Positions 37,570 through 51,024 of a stretch of DNA of 64,000 nt are shown here, in pieces; positions within the stretch are counted from its first letter, which is position 1, and every line of letters starts with the position of its first letter. The notes under the pieces were generated by a model that was not told the origin of the DNA, ran no database searches, and saw only the letters and a list, made by a program, of their open reading frames with translations. Origin of the DNA: Eledone cirrhosa (taxonomy: Eukaryota); contig OZ024741.1 in assembly GCA_964016885.1 (NCBI GenBank), forward strand, positions 20,274,001-20,338,000. The letters are read 5' to 3'. The position numbers and the translations under genes are program-made.

Positions 37570-40005
37570 ACACAGTAGATTATCGTAAAGATAGACCCTC
37601 TAACTTTGACATAACAATGGGCTCTAACGATTCGGCGGAAATAACTGATATTGTGGGGTTATTTATCGCCTTTAGACTCCAGGAAAAATTCAGCAATCTC
37701 CACGGCGGAATATACCGCGGCGATGTTCTCCTCCTAGCTAAAAACCTTAATAACCAAAAACTAGAAAAACTACGCAAAGATATAAGAAAACTACTACTCG
37801 AAATAGGACTAACTATAACATATGAATACAACCTTAAAGTAGTTAACTTCCTGGATGTCACACTCAATTTAAACTCTGGTTTGATTAAACCGTTTCATAA
37901 ATTGAATGAAAATCTCAAATACGTAAATGTTGGGTCTAACCACCCCATCTCTATAATTAAATCTATCCCTAAAAATATTTCCCTTAGAATCTCGGGTCTA
38001 TCTTCTAACATACAAGTATTTAAGGAACACGCCGAGTACTACGATAACGCCCTTAGTAAAGCAGGCTACCTCAACAAAATAGAGTACATAGATGGGAACA
38101 ATCAAAACACCCAAAATAAATCCCACATAGGTAGATATAATAACACAACACCAAACCACACTTACTACCATAGTATGCACACCAGTAAACCAACAAACAA
38201 AACTAATAGAAAGCGATGCAAAGAGTACTTATGGTATAACCCCGAATACAATAGTTCCATTAGTACAAATTTACCAGTACTCTTCTTTAAAATAATTAAA
38301 AGACATTTTCCTACATCACACAAATACCACAAAATCCTAAACCCTACCACTATAAGACTGTCATACTCTACAGCGTTAAACCTTGAACAACACATAAAAA
38401 AGATCAATACTAGAAGGTTAAACGAAAACACTAAAAACTTAAGTACAAAGAACACAAAAAAAAACAGTAGACAATACACTACAGAACATAAATAAACCAC
38501 ACCTAAGTTCGTCCGCAATACTACTCCAGAGAAAACCCAACGTACACAACTGTAACTGCACCTATCCTGACAACTGCCCCCTCGGCAATAACTGCCTGGA
38601 AAAAAATATTATTTATAAGTGTACCATTAAATCCGGAGGCAACGAGTGGTATTACGTGGGATCAACGGCAACATCGTTTAAATCTCGATTGTATAGGCAT
38701 TCTTACTCAATAAAACACCAGAGCCAAAGAAATGTAACAACTTTAGCAGAAAAAGCTTGGACGCTCAGGGATAGCGATCAAAAGTTTACCCTAAAATGGG
38801 AGAAATTAGCTAAAACCCAAAGCTTTTCCAGGAGCCAAAATTTCTGCAAATTGTGTAATCTTGAGATTTATTACATAATCACACACAAGAAGAAACTGCT
38901 GAATAACAGAATTGAACGAACATTATTCTGCCGTCACAGAACTAAAACCCTTTTTTCCCACTACAAGCCGAATATTACATAAAAGAGGGACATCCCCCAA
39001 CTATATAAACCTTAATCTAGTTAGAAAAATATAAAAACAATCTCTTCTCAACATATATTAATAACCTTAAATTACCACACTAATAATGGAAAGATATGCT
39101 GATGAGAATAGGTGCAAATATGCGATAATGAATGTGTCTAAAAACGTCCATAAGTATGTATATATATGTGAAAATGTATATAAATAAGTAAATATATATA
39201 TATGTTTGATGTGTATAGTTAGATGTAAGTGTATTCATGTATTAAAGTGCTTATATATATATATATATATTATATATATATATATATGTATGTATATATG
39301 TGTATATAGATGTGTATGTATGTGTATGTGTGTACACATGGACTAGAGTATGTATGTATATATGTGTGTGTCTATACGTGTGTATATAAAGATAAGTTGA
39401 GTATGAAAATGTATACACATGAGCGCGTATGTATGTACATGAATACATGTGTGTATATATATGTGTATGCATGTGTATATATATGTAAGTATGAATATGT
39501 GAATTGTGAGTATATGTATTTTGTAGAGGTGTGCAAATATATTTGTGTGTGAATGCGTGGGTGAAAGGGTACGTACACTTGAAAGAAAAATTTAAGTCTG
39601 AATATTAATTAAGTGCAAACACAAAACCAACCACGCATATCTTTACTATCTCTAATCCTTCTATAGATCTAGAAAAATAACCAATAATATATTCTATAAA
39701 AAATGTCAAAACAACAGATGGGAATCTAATTACTCACTGCCACCAAGAATTCTCACTGCTATCGAAAAACCACTCCTTCAACTATTCTTCTAACAACTTC
39801 ACCCCTCCCTCCTAATATTCTCTATAAAAACTAAATAGGTCCTCAGTAATATTATTCTGATGAAATGACAGTAAATAATAACATTGAAATATTGAATGTC
39901 TGCATAACTAAAAGTTTGTAGATAGCAGCTGTTTTAGGTTATGTAACTGTTATAGAAACACGTGTCAATAAATTCCTTTCAACTAAACTGTATCCATTCA
40001 AATCT

Positions 40006-40008
<3 letters not shown>
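37570..40008 (+). mobile_element. 5'-truncated Naiad-like PLE: RT core, GIY-YIG and pLTR with HHR
   Basis: FDITMGSNDSAEITDIVG, GGIYRGD (catalytic YRDD mutated), NFLDVTLNL, YLWYNP, YVGSTATSFKSRLYRH and CKLCNLE. Frameshifted near 38460-38540. Confidence 0.9.
39852..39971 (+). ncRNA. Type I hammerhead ribozyme with ~90-nt stem II
   Basis: UUAUU-CUGAUGA-AAUGACAG...CUGUUAUA-GAAAC-ACGU-GUC-AAUAA. Intact core and palindromic stem III. Confidence 0.82.
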
Positions 40009-40100
<92 letters not shown>

Positions 40101-40141
40101 TTCAAAATATTAACAAAAATAGACATTCGTGTGATCAAGTA

Positions 40142-40208
40142 TATTTTATTATACATATTTCAGAGGTACTGAGCTATCTTCAACAGTACGTCCTCATCAG
40201 ATAAAATA
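40142..40208 (-). ncRNA. Type I hammerhead ribozyme
   Basis: UAUUUUAU-CUGAUGA-GGACGUACUG...CAGUACCUCU-GAAA-UAUGUAUA-AUAAAAUA. Confidence 0.8.
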
Positions 40209-40325
40209 AGATGATGCATCACATACCCTGACATAGTAGATGTTTAAGATTCAGTCATGGTAGTGATTCTTTGATTTATTCATTGAACTTTGTTTAACCT
40301 TTAAATATATATATATATATGTGTG

Positions 40326-40367
<42 letters not shown>

Positions 40368-40709
40368 ACAAAGAAAGTGTGGTAAGATACCAGGTGGACC
40401 ATAACGCACCAGAGTACTCGATACTTAGGGTAGTAGAGTGGGTAATAGGAAAAGATTCAGGACCTCGACGGCTGAGCTCCGGCCGTTTCAACAGCTAGGT
40501 CCGGAGCTCAGCCGTCGGGGTCCTGAATCTTTTCATATATATATATATATATATATAAGCAAGAAAGTAAGTGTTGGTAAAATCCAGTACTTCAGTATGC
40601 GGATAGGGAGCACTCAACGAAGATATAAGTTCCGGAGTTATAATAGTGACGAAACATAAGTCAATTGCATGAACTCATAATCCTTTATTTACTGCTATAT
40701 ATATATATA

Positions 40710-41038
40710 CAATGATATTAAATAAATGGAAACTATATTTATAAAGCCATATTTATTCTATTATATATATTTCAAGGGTACCAAAACTTTGGTACGCTTT
40801 CATCAGATAAAATACAAAGTTTGATTTATAAATTTTGACATAACCAAGAAAAGATACCTTAACGGTTCAAGTTTTTCTTGGGCCGTTAAGCTATCTGTCC
40901 TTGGTTATGTCAAAATTTATAAAACAAACTTTGTATTTTATCTGATGAGGGCGTACCAAAGTTTTGGTTCCCTTGAAATATATATAATAGAATAAATACG
41001 GCTTTATAAATATAGTTTCCATTTATTTAATATCATTG
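40710..41038. repeat. ~330-bp palindrome with one hammerhead per arm (40754-40814 minus; 40934-40994 plus)
   Basis: ~160-bp inverted arms. Same family as 8811-9010. Confidence 0.88.
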
Positions 41039-41560
41039 AATATTATACTCCAGAAAACTTGCCGAGTGCTCTGAATCAGTTATAAACATTTATATTTGTT
41101 GAATTACCAACAAATTGAATATCCCTTTTGCTTGCCGCTGACTTCTGCCTGACCGACCCCATTTCACGCGCACGCGCGCTCTGCTGAATACCTCAGATAT
41201 TCAAAACAACGAACAGTGGAGGACACGTTTCGCACCCTTCCGACAGACAACCCCCCCCCCCCCGGAAAAAAACCCCACTTGATGGATGTGAATCCGAAAT
41301 ATATAGGGACAATTAAATCTCTCCCAAGGTAACTCTTTCTCGTGTTGTTATTTTTATTCTGTACGCTCTTTCCTTCATTCCTCTACACGCTACAGTCTTA
41401 TACACGCCACGCATCTCAACGTACACCCACTTACATCTCTCTCTCTGCCACCGGATCTTGTTACCCGGAGATTTACCCATCTGCATTGTCGAGGCTTCCA
41501 AACGACTTAAAGAAATTTACCTTATCATTCCACAATGCTTCAAGCAAACTTCAATACTCT

Positions 41561-41605
<45 letters not shown>

Positions 41606-41944
41606 TCGCAATCATTGACTTCTCAATAAACTGTTGTCTGTTTAATGTTTCGTGTTCCTATGAAATATAGATTAAACACATACACACACACACACACACA
41701 CACTTACATACACATACATACACACACCTATATATAAATTGGGTCAAAGTGTAAGCATGTTTCCATCTACGAGTGCGTGAGAGTATGTTTCCCTGTATAT
41801 ATGTATGTATGTATGTGTGTATGTATGTGTGTATGTATATATGTATGTGTGTATGTATATATGTATGTATGTATATATGTATGTGTATATATGCCCTACA
41901 TATGGCCGTTGTTTCCCTATGTATGTATATATATAAGTATGTAT

Positions 41945-43208
41945 GTATGTTCTTCTGGTTTTATAATTTCACAAAGTTTTACCAATAGAGAGAGAGTCGG
42001 TTTCTAACATAGACACAAGACTCTCTCATTGGAATTTACACAACATCAACAAGGTAGATATGTATGTATGTCTGCATGCATGCATGTGTAGATATGGATG
42101 TTATTGTATGTGTGGATGTGGATGTTTTGAGTTGTATGTGTGCATGTGTATATGCTTTCTATCTGTACATGTGTATATGCAGTTATTAGATGCAAAATGT
42201 TTGGAATGTTTTACATATTTTTACTGTTCCATTAATGGATTGTACTTGTAATTTCCTAACTAGTTGTGTTCTTTCTGTTCCTGTGAAGCCTAACTTCTCA
42301 AGATTTGTATTGAGGCAGTTACTAACATATCCCAGTGCTCCAATAATCACAGGCATAAATCTGAAGGTGTAATCAGGGTGGAGTATCTGCAGATTTCTCA
42401 TCAGTTCTGCATAAATATTCTCCTTTTCACTAATCTTTGATATTATATTGGCATCTGCTGGGCAGCTAATTTCCACTACTGTGCATGTTTTCTTCTCCCT
42501 GTCCCATATTATAATATCTGGTCTGTTATGCCTGCATTTTATTGGGGTTTTTACTGGAACATTCCACCAGTACTCTTTCATATTATGCACATGGATGTCT
42601 TCCACATTGTTGTAGCTTTTAATGTGTTTATCATCGGGGCTATCTTTTTTACGAACTGCATTGTACAGTGTTTTGGCCACTACATCATGCCTCATAGGTA
42701 GATAGTACCGCGATATCTTTGGGCAGCTGCTGATGACATGGGTGATATCCTCGATGTTAGTTCTGCAGAGTCTGCACTTGTTATCACATCTAGGTGTTTT
42801 GCCTGCATCCCTATCTCTTTTGTGAATCAGGTATTTCGTGCTAATCTCCTATTCTTGGATTGCAAAAGCGTATCCTTCAAAGTGGGAGCCAATATAGCGG
42901 TTGTTGGTCCAAGATAGACTACTTTCCTTATCTATATTACTCTCACTCTGGAGCTTCCTGGCAACATATCCATGCATGATTTTTTGCTGATAGGCATGCA
43001 GTTTTTCATCCGTGGATTCACTGCGATACTGTTGAGCGACATCCCTGGGTGTGAGTTTTTGATTATCACACAGGGAATATCTCTCAAGGAGTTCCTTCCC
43101 AACTCTCATGATCTTATCTGTTTCGTGCAGATAGACTTGCTCGAGAAGCAGGCTCCTACGCTTCGAGGTTCGTAGATGTTGTCGGAGAGATATGATGCGA
43201 CATTCAAA
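41945..43208 (-). mobile_element. R4/Dong-type non-LTR retrotransposon 3' fragment (CCHC + RLE + UTR + (TACA)n tail)
   Basis: EGYAFAIQE, CRLC..EDITHVISSC, RHDVVAK, NRPDIIIWD, VEISCP, EKENIY and PVIIGALG. Confidence 0.88.
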
Positions 43209-43507
43209 TGTTATAGAAATAATCGGGCTGGATGCCCGATCGCGCAGTTAAACCACTGGGAGTGAAGAACCCCTAGCCCTTGTTAGGGCATTCTTCTAGG
43301 AGAAGGCATCTCAGGAAACTGGGTTAACTCCGATATAAAACCTGCGGCTCAGTAGTTACCGATGATGTTGATCTTTTCTTCTTTTCGGGTTATAGCTACT
43401 GTCGCTCAGAGAGTGGGATTGGCTCAGTGCACAGTCTTTCCTCACTTTAAAAATATTCGTCACGCACAGGCATTGCACGAGTGCATTAATAATTATTAAT
43501 AGTGTAC

Positions 43508-43546
<39 letters not shown>

Positions 43547-43551
43547 TATTA

Positions 43552-43583
<32 letters not shown>

Positions 43584-43594
43584 CCAATTCAGTG

Positions 43595-46500
43595 ATGTTC
43601 CAGAACAATGTAAAAGAGATAATTGGCAATTTAGGTTCTGGAACAAAAAAGAATATTGGCAATAAGGGCAGGGGCCCCAAGTTATCACAGCCTGGGCCCG
43701 CTCGTCATCGTGCCATTGTAATAGAGCCAAACAGGGCATTTAGTCTTGGCTGCTGGAACGTACGGACGCTGCTTGACAGGGATTCTTTGGAGCGTCCTGA
43801 ACGAAGGACCGCTCTTGTTGCAAAGGAGCTTCAACGTTACGATCTTGACATCGTGGCTTTATCTGAGACGAGGTTAGCTGGAGATGGTCATCTTACGGAA
43901 TTTTTGGGAGAATATACATTCTTCTGGAAAGGAAGAGATGAAGGAACCAGAAGAGAGACTGGGGTAGGATTTGCTGTTAAGACTGTACTTGTGAATAAAT
44001 TAGAAGAATTCCCAGTAGGGATTAGTGAGCGTCTTATGTCCATGAGAGTTCCGCTGGACAAGGGAAGATATGCTACCCTGGTGAGTGTGTATGCTCCAAC
44101 TATGAATTCTGTCGATGAAGAAAAACTGTCCTTTTACCATGCCTTGAAAGGTGTTCTAAGAAATATCCCTCAGGCAGACAAAGTCATCGTGCTTGGTGAC
44201 TTTAATGCTAGAGTGGGTAGGGATTTTAACACATGGAATGTAATCGGAAGGCATGGGGTGGGAAAGTGTAACAGCAATGGTATGCTCCTGCTGCAGATGT
44301 GTGAGGAGCTGGATCTGTGTGTTACCAACACCATGTTCCAACAAAAGAACAAATTCAAGACCACATGGATGCATCCTGCATCTAAGGAATGGCATCTTTT
44401 GGACTACGTCCTAGTCAGGATGCGTGACAGACAGGATGTGCAGTGTGTTCGTGTTCTTCGTGGAGCTGAGTGCTGGACGGACCACCGCCTGGTACGCTCA
44501 AAAGTGAAACTAATCACCAAACGTAAAATCCGGGCTCCTGGTGTTACCCTGCCCAAAAGATTGAATGCTGCTCGTCTTAAGGATAAAAATGTGAAGAAAT
44601 GCAGGCTGCAGATCTTGGTGAGGATTGGCCGACCCTTAAAAAGTCGGTTTATGATGTAGGCAGGCGTGTTCTGGGATTGGTGCAGAGAAAACATCGGGAC
44701 TGGTTTAATGAGAATGATGTACATATAGAAGACTTGTTGGCTGATAAGAGGCGTGCTCTGTCACGCTACTTGACGGCAAAACCACAGGAGAGGAATACGT
44801 TGCATGAGGAACTCAAGGATGTAAAATCACGTGTTAGGCGGAGTCTTTCTCAGATGAAGGATCAGTGGTGAAGTGAGAAGGCTGGTGAGATACAAACTGC
44901 GTCTGATTCCAATAACACAAAGCTGTTGTACAGTCTCTTGCGTGAGGTTTATGGACCGTCTTCTTCTCTGGTGACACCGCTTCGCAGCAAGGATGGCAAA
45001 TAACTTCTTCGTGACTCACAAGGAATTCTACGAAAGTGGAGAGAGAACACTTTGATGATCTTTTGAATCAGCCGTCTGTCGTCAGTGAAGATTTCCTCAA
45101 TCTCATTCCAGAAAGTCCTGTGAAAGTAGCTTTCGCAGAACCTCCGACGCTTGTGGAGGTTGCAGTGGCTATTTCGAAGCTGAACAGTGGAAGATCTCCA
45201 GGTATGGATGGTATACATGCTGAGCTCCTACAATATGGTGGTGAGAGACTCCTGCAACATCTTCACTCTTTGTTTGGCAGGATATGGGCTAATGAATCCG
45301 TACCTGAGGACTGGAGAGATGCAGTAATGGTGGTCTTGTACAAGGGAAAGGGTAACAGGAATGATTGTGGGAACTACAGAGGTATATCATTGCTTTCTGT
45401 CGTAGGGAAAGTTTTATGTAGGGTGCTTCTGGACCGTCTGCTGACACACATTGCAGATTGTGTTCTTCCTGAAAGTCAATCTGGTTTTCGTGCTGGACGC
45501 GGCACTACTGATATGATCTTCTCAGCTAGACAGCTCCAGGAGAAGTGCATTGAACAAGGCTTGGATCTGTATCAGGTTTTTGTCGATCTGACAAAAGCTT
45601 TCGATACTGTTAACAGAGATGCATTATGGAAGGTTCTCCAGAAACTTGGTTGCCCTGATAAGTTCCTTGCTTTAGTTAGGTCTTTCCATGACGACATGAA
45701 GGCTTGGGTTAATGTCGGAGGTAACATGTCGGAGCCTATCTCAGTAAAAAAAATGGAGTGAAACAGGGGGATATTCCAGCACCGACCCTGTTTGCCATAT
45801 ACTTTGCAATGGTTTTCTGTATTGCATTCAGGAATTGCGAGCATGGTGTTTACATCCGATATCGAACCTCAGGCAGCATATTTAACATCAGGCGCTTTGC
45901 TGCGAAGACAAAAGTATTTACATCAATCATAAGAGACCTCTTGTATGCAGATGATTGCGATCTTGTTGCGCACACAGAGTGATATGCAGCACATTTTGAA
46001 TGCATTTTCTGACGCTTGCAATGCCCTGGGTTTGACTGTCAGTCTCAAGAAAACCGTCGTCATGTACCAACCTGCCCCTGGTAAGCAGTACACTGAACCA
46101 AACATCTATGTATATGGTAAACGACTTGGAGTGGTTGATCAGTTTGTCTACCTTGACAGTGAAATCTCACTTAGGATTAGGAAAGCAAGTGATGCTTTCG
46201 GAAAGCTAGAAAGGCGACTCTGGGGTCGGCGAGACATATGCAGGAGGACAAAGGTATAGGTGTACAGGGCATGTGTGCTCTCTTGTCTTCTTTATACCTG
46301 CGAGACCTGGGTCACATATCGACACCACCTTAAGCAATTGGAGCGTTTCCATCAGATGTGTCTCAGACGGATCCATGGCGTTCACTGGAGGGACCACATC
46401 AGTGATGTCGAGATTTTGGAAAGCTCTATGTGTGACAGTATAGAAGCTCTTGTGCTTAAGCAACGACTCCGTTGGAGTGGTCACCTTGCCAGGATGAAGG

Positions 46501-47093
46501 ATTCTAGAATACCAAAACAACTCTTTTATGGAGAGTTGGTTAAAGGAAAACGACCGCCACATAAACCAAAAAAGAGGTATAAGGATTCCTTGAAAGCCTC
46601 TCTGAAAGACGCTAACATCTCTGCTGATACATGGGAAAATATTGCTGCTGATCGTAATAAATGGAGAAAGACTGTATATGAGGGAAAATTTGCCTTTGAG
46701 GCATCTCGAATCGCATACGAGAAAGTAAAGCGGGACGTGAGGAAGGGCATTGCTGTTGCACTTCCAGACGGCGAGGGTCCTGCTATGGTGCTGACATGCA
46801 GCGTCTGTGCGAGACTCTGCCTAAGCAAAGCTGGACTCGAAAGTCATCTTCGCAGTCATAAAGTAAGACCAGTGGTTGACTACTAGGCTGCTGTTGGAGA
46901 TGCTACTCATCATGCTTGCCAAACATGTGGTAGAGAATATAAATCAGCAGGAGGGCTCAAGCGACATGCAAAAGTACATGAACTCCAACCACAGCCGGCT
47001 ATTCCCAGTGAATGTTTTGGTTGCCGACTCTGTGCAAGACATTTTAGATCATCGGCTGGGCTAAAAAGCCACATTCGATCGCAGCGCTGTTAG
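43595..47093 (+). pseudogene. Near full-length RTE-clade LINE ORF (APE + RT + three C2H2 fingers), disrupted; RTE-like 5'UTR at ~43210-43490
   Basis: WNVRTL, ALSETR, SVYAPT, LGDFNARVG, LLDY, TDH, YRGISLL, QSGFR, DLTKAFD, KQG, LLYADD and RLRWSGH. Several frameshifts and stops. Confidence 0.93.
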
Positions 47094-47549
47094 TTGCTAT
47101 CGTGTGTGTGTGTGTATAGATATGTTTATGTGTGTGCGTGTATGTGTATATATATATGCATATGTATATTATTATTGTTGTTGTCGTTATTATTATTGTT
47201 GTTATTATTATTAAATGCACTGGGATAATTGCTGGCCTGGTGCCAAAAGTAGAAACAATTATTATTATTATTATTGTCATTAATGTATATGTGTGTGTGT
47301 ATGTGTGTGTGTATATATGTATGTATATATGTATTTATATATATATATTTATTTTTTTTTTATTTTATTTTTTATTTATTTATTAATTTTTTTTTTCTCC
47401 TCGTGCAATGGCCATACTCGATAACGAGCTGGCAGCCATCATGTATGTATGTATGTATGTTTGTATATGTCTGTATATGTATGTATCTATATGGCCGTTG
47501 TTTCCATGTATGCATGTATATATGTATGTATGTATCTATGTGTATATAT

Positions 47550-48165
47550 GTCAGGTCACCAGTTGGTGCTACTGGTAACATGTATCCCAGTACAACCTGT
47601 CTCATGGTCGGGTCATTGGCGACTAAACTGGCAACCCCACCAAGGTTTCTTGGTGAGGAGGGTGACTTTGGACATCCTGCAGGACTAAAAACAAAACCTG
47701 TCAAAGGGCAAGGGAGCTCTTAAAAGTCAATAGCCATCCAAAATCACCGGGAGAGATGACCCCTTAGCCTTTGTCAAGGCAGAATTCTAGGAGAAGGAAA
47801 ACTCTGATATAACACCTGCAACTCTGATGGTATCCAATAATGTTGACTTGTTCTTCTTTTTGGTAAATATCATCTTGGTTAAGAGAGTGGGACTGGCTTT
47901 GTGCAGTGCCTTTGCTCACTATAAAAGCTTCACAGCACAGTCATTGCTTTATATCTGGAGATCTCTCTGCACTTGTCGTCACATGGTACCATGGGCCCTG
48001 CACTATGTGTCAATAATGGTCACAAGTGTAGTCTTTGTACCATAGTTTTCAAGTCGCTGGCTGGACTAAAAAGTTACATTCGTTCAGCGCATCGGTAGGG
48101 GTTCTCCTACATGGATATAAAGTAGTGGCCGTACTCGAAAACGAGTTGGCAGCCACCATGTGTAT
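47550..48165 (+). mobile_element. Short internally deleted RTE derivative, full length
   Basis: Colinear with 10755-11370. Confidence 0.85.
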
Positions 48166-48374
48166 ATATATATGTATGTATGTGTCTGTATGTATGTATG
48201 TATGTGTATGTATGTATGTATATGTGTGTGTATGTATATATATGTGTATCTATATGGCCGACATATGGCCGTTGTTTCCGTGCCAGAATCTCTTCAGCCA
48301 CCAATAGACACGTAAACCTCAATTGATTGCCAGGCTAAAGTCATGGCTTCCATCGATCAGAGACTGATGGACAC

Positions 48375-48700
<326 letters not shown>

Positions 48701-48789
48701 GTTGTTATCGTTGTTGCTAAACACCCACGTTGTCTATGCCCTCCGGTGTTCCCTTTGCGGGTCCTTACACATCAGATAAACGGGTCCTT

Positions 48790-49500
48790 ATACATCAGAT
48801 AAACTGTTTTACTGACCATTTGAGGGACATGGGACTCAGTTTGGATACTCCCGTTGCCCATCATTTCCGTTCCCCTGGTCACTCTTCCCTACATGTCTCA
48901 GTCCTGGGTGTCCTTTTAAATCACGGATCACAGGCCTCGCGCACCAGGACTGAACAGAGTCTGATTTACCACCTTGGGTCCTGTTTCCCTCATGGATTCA
49001 AATCCACTCCCCAATTTCTTTAATACCCCATCTGTTATCATACATGTGCTTGTACATTCACCCCTGGATTCCAATTGCTCTCTTATAGTCAGAAACATAT
49101 ACTCTTACAGCTAATACAGACCAACAAAATACGCACACTCCCCTTTTCCCTTCACAGCTCTGTATACACACACGTGCGCACAAGTATATCTCTTTATACA
49201 AAACGGTTAGACGCGCTCCATCATCCACTTAATTTATCCACAATATATCATACACAAAACACTAGCCCCAACAGTTTTCCAAGAGATGGCAACATGAATG
49301 GACCTGTTATTTTTATCTAAAAATATTTTCTTCCAATTCCACCCGGCCCGTCCCCTCAATCTATTTTATTTCTCATTCTTTCTTCTGATGAAGGACTAGC
49401 GTTCGAAACGTTACGACCCCCTTCCTGCTATTTCAAGCGTCAACCTAATATATTCCTTCCATTCCTGTACCGATTGTGTTGTTATTTCTGTTTACCTTTT
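48790..49500 (+). mobile_element. PLE GIY-YIG C-terminal fragment + pLTR with minimal HHR (49385-49415)
   Basis: FTDHLRD..PVAHHF..GHS..RTRTEQSLIYHLGS..PHGF, then CUGAUGA-AGGAC UAGC GUUC-GAAACGUUA. Confidence 0.75.
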
Positions 49501-49524
49501 ACATACATATATATATATATAAAC

Positions 49525-49846
49525 AGAAAAAATGAAACGAAATTTCATTTCTCACTCTTAGTACGACTGTTACTTAAATATAAGTATGTATACGTACATA
49601 CATATATGTATACAGACGTACAGTAGTATATATATATACATACATGCACACATATATATATATATGTACGTATGGATTCACCGAACATTTATTATAATGC
49701 TCGGTGTGTTTGTAAACAAACATCCCGAATTAAGCCGTACAGTGTCTAGCAACCATCGTTGCTCATTTGTCCAACACTGACAAACACACCGAGCATTATA
49801 ATAAATGTTCGGTGAATCCATACGTACATATATATATGTGTGCATG

Positions 49847-49891
<45 letters not shown>

Positions 49892-50359
49892 TACTGTATG
49901 TCTGTATACATATATGTATATACGTATACATACTTATATTTAAGTAACAGCCGTACTAAGAGTGAAAAATGAAATTTCGTTTCATTTTTTTCCGTTTATC
50001 ATTTTCGGTACCCCGGCCGATTAACTCACTCGATATGCAAATTAGGCTGCTCAGCCGTTAATATGCATAAGGAAAGTATATACTTTCAGACGATCAACCA
50101 TCTGGCAGGAAGGTATACGTTGCTGACGATAGCTAATAATCTTCAAACTAGTACAGCGTTCCTTTGTCAGTGTTGAACAAAAAAAGCAACGATGGTTGCT
50201 AGACACTGTACGGCTTAATACGGGATGTTTATTTACAAATACACCGAGCATTATAATAATTGTTCGGTGAATCAATACATACATATATATGTGTGCATGT
50301 ATGTATATATATATATACTACTGTACGTCTGTATACATATATGTTTGTAAGTATACATA

Positions 50360-50365
<6 letters not shown>
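49525..50365 (+). mobile_element. Second retrozyme-like locus: ~454-bp unit x1.3 preceded by an inverted partial copy
   Basis: ACAAA.ACACCGAGCATT at 49781 and 50235. 49525-49780 is in inverted orientation. HHR at 50117-50159: ACGUUG-CUGACGA...CAAAC-UA-GUA-CAGCGU. Confidence 0.75.
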
Positions 50366-50398
<33 letters not shown>

Positions 50399-50424
50399 CT
50401 TATATATATAAACATACTTATATA

Positions 50425-50481
<57 letters not shown>

Positions 50482-50543
50482 CGCGGAAGTTGTTTTTCGT
50501 TAATTCCTAATAAGCCGAAATACGATTCTCGCTAATTTATATT

Positions 50544-50574
<31 letters not shown>

Positions 50575-50575
50575 T

Positions 50576-50614
<39 letters not shown>

Positions 50615-50639
50615 GTATGTATGTATATATATATATATG

Positions 50640-50700
<61 letters not shown>

Positions 50701-51024
50701 TTTTTATGTATATATATATACAGAGAGGGGGTGGGGAGATACGTCTCATACATAAACTTTTTTAATGTGTCTCAGTTGCTGATTTTCCATTACATGTGTG
50801 TGTGTGTGTGCGCGTATGTGTGTGTGCGTATGTGTGTGTGCGCGTATGTGTGTCTGTGTGTGTACGTGTGTAAAATATATATATATCGTAAAGTTTCGCG
50901 GCCTAACCCGCTGATTGTGTTACGCCAATGATTCTGAAAGTAGTTAGCAGCCCCCTGTTAGCTCTAGAGGACTCAAGAGGTTCACTGGAAAGTAATGTGG
51001 TGGTGGTGGGGGGGGGGGACTTTG

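Noticed and set aside
37617-38982. Selenocysteine recoding, as known for some Naiad PLEs
   Set aside because: I saw no in-frame TGA at conserved Cys positions. The disruptions are ordinary frameshifts.
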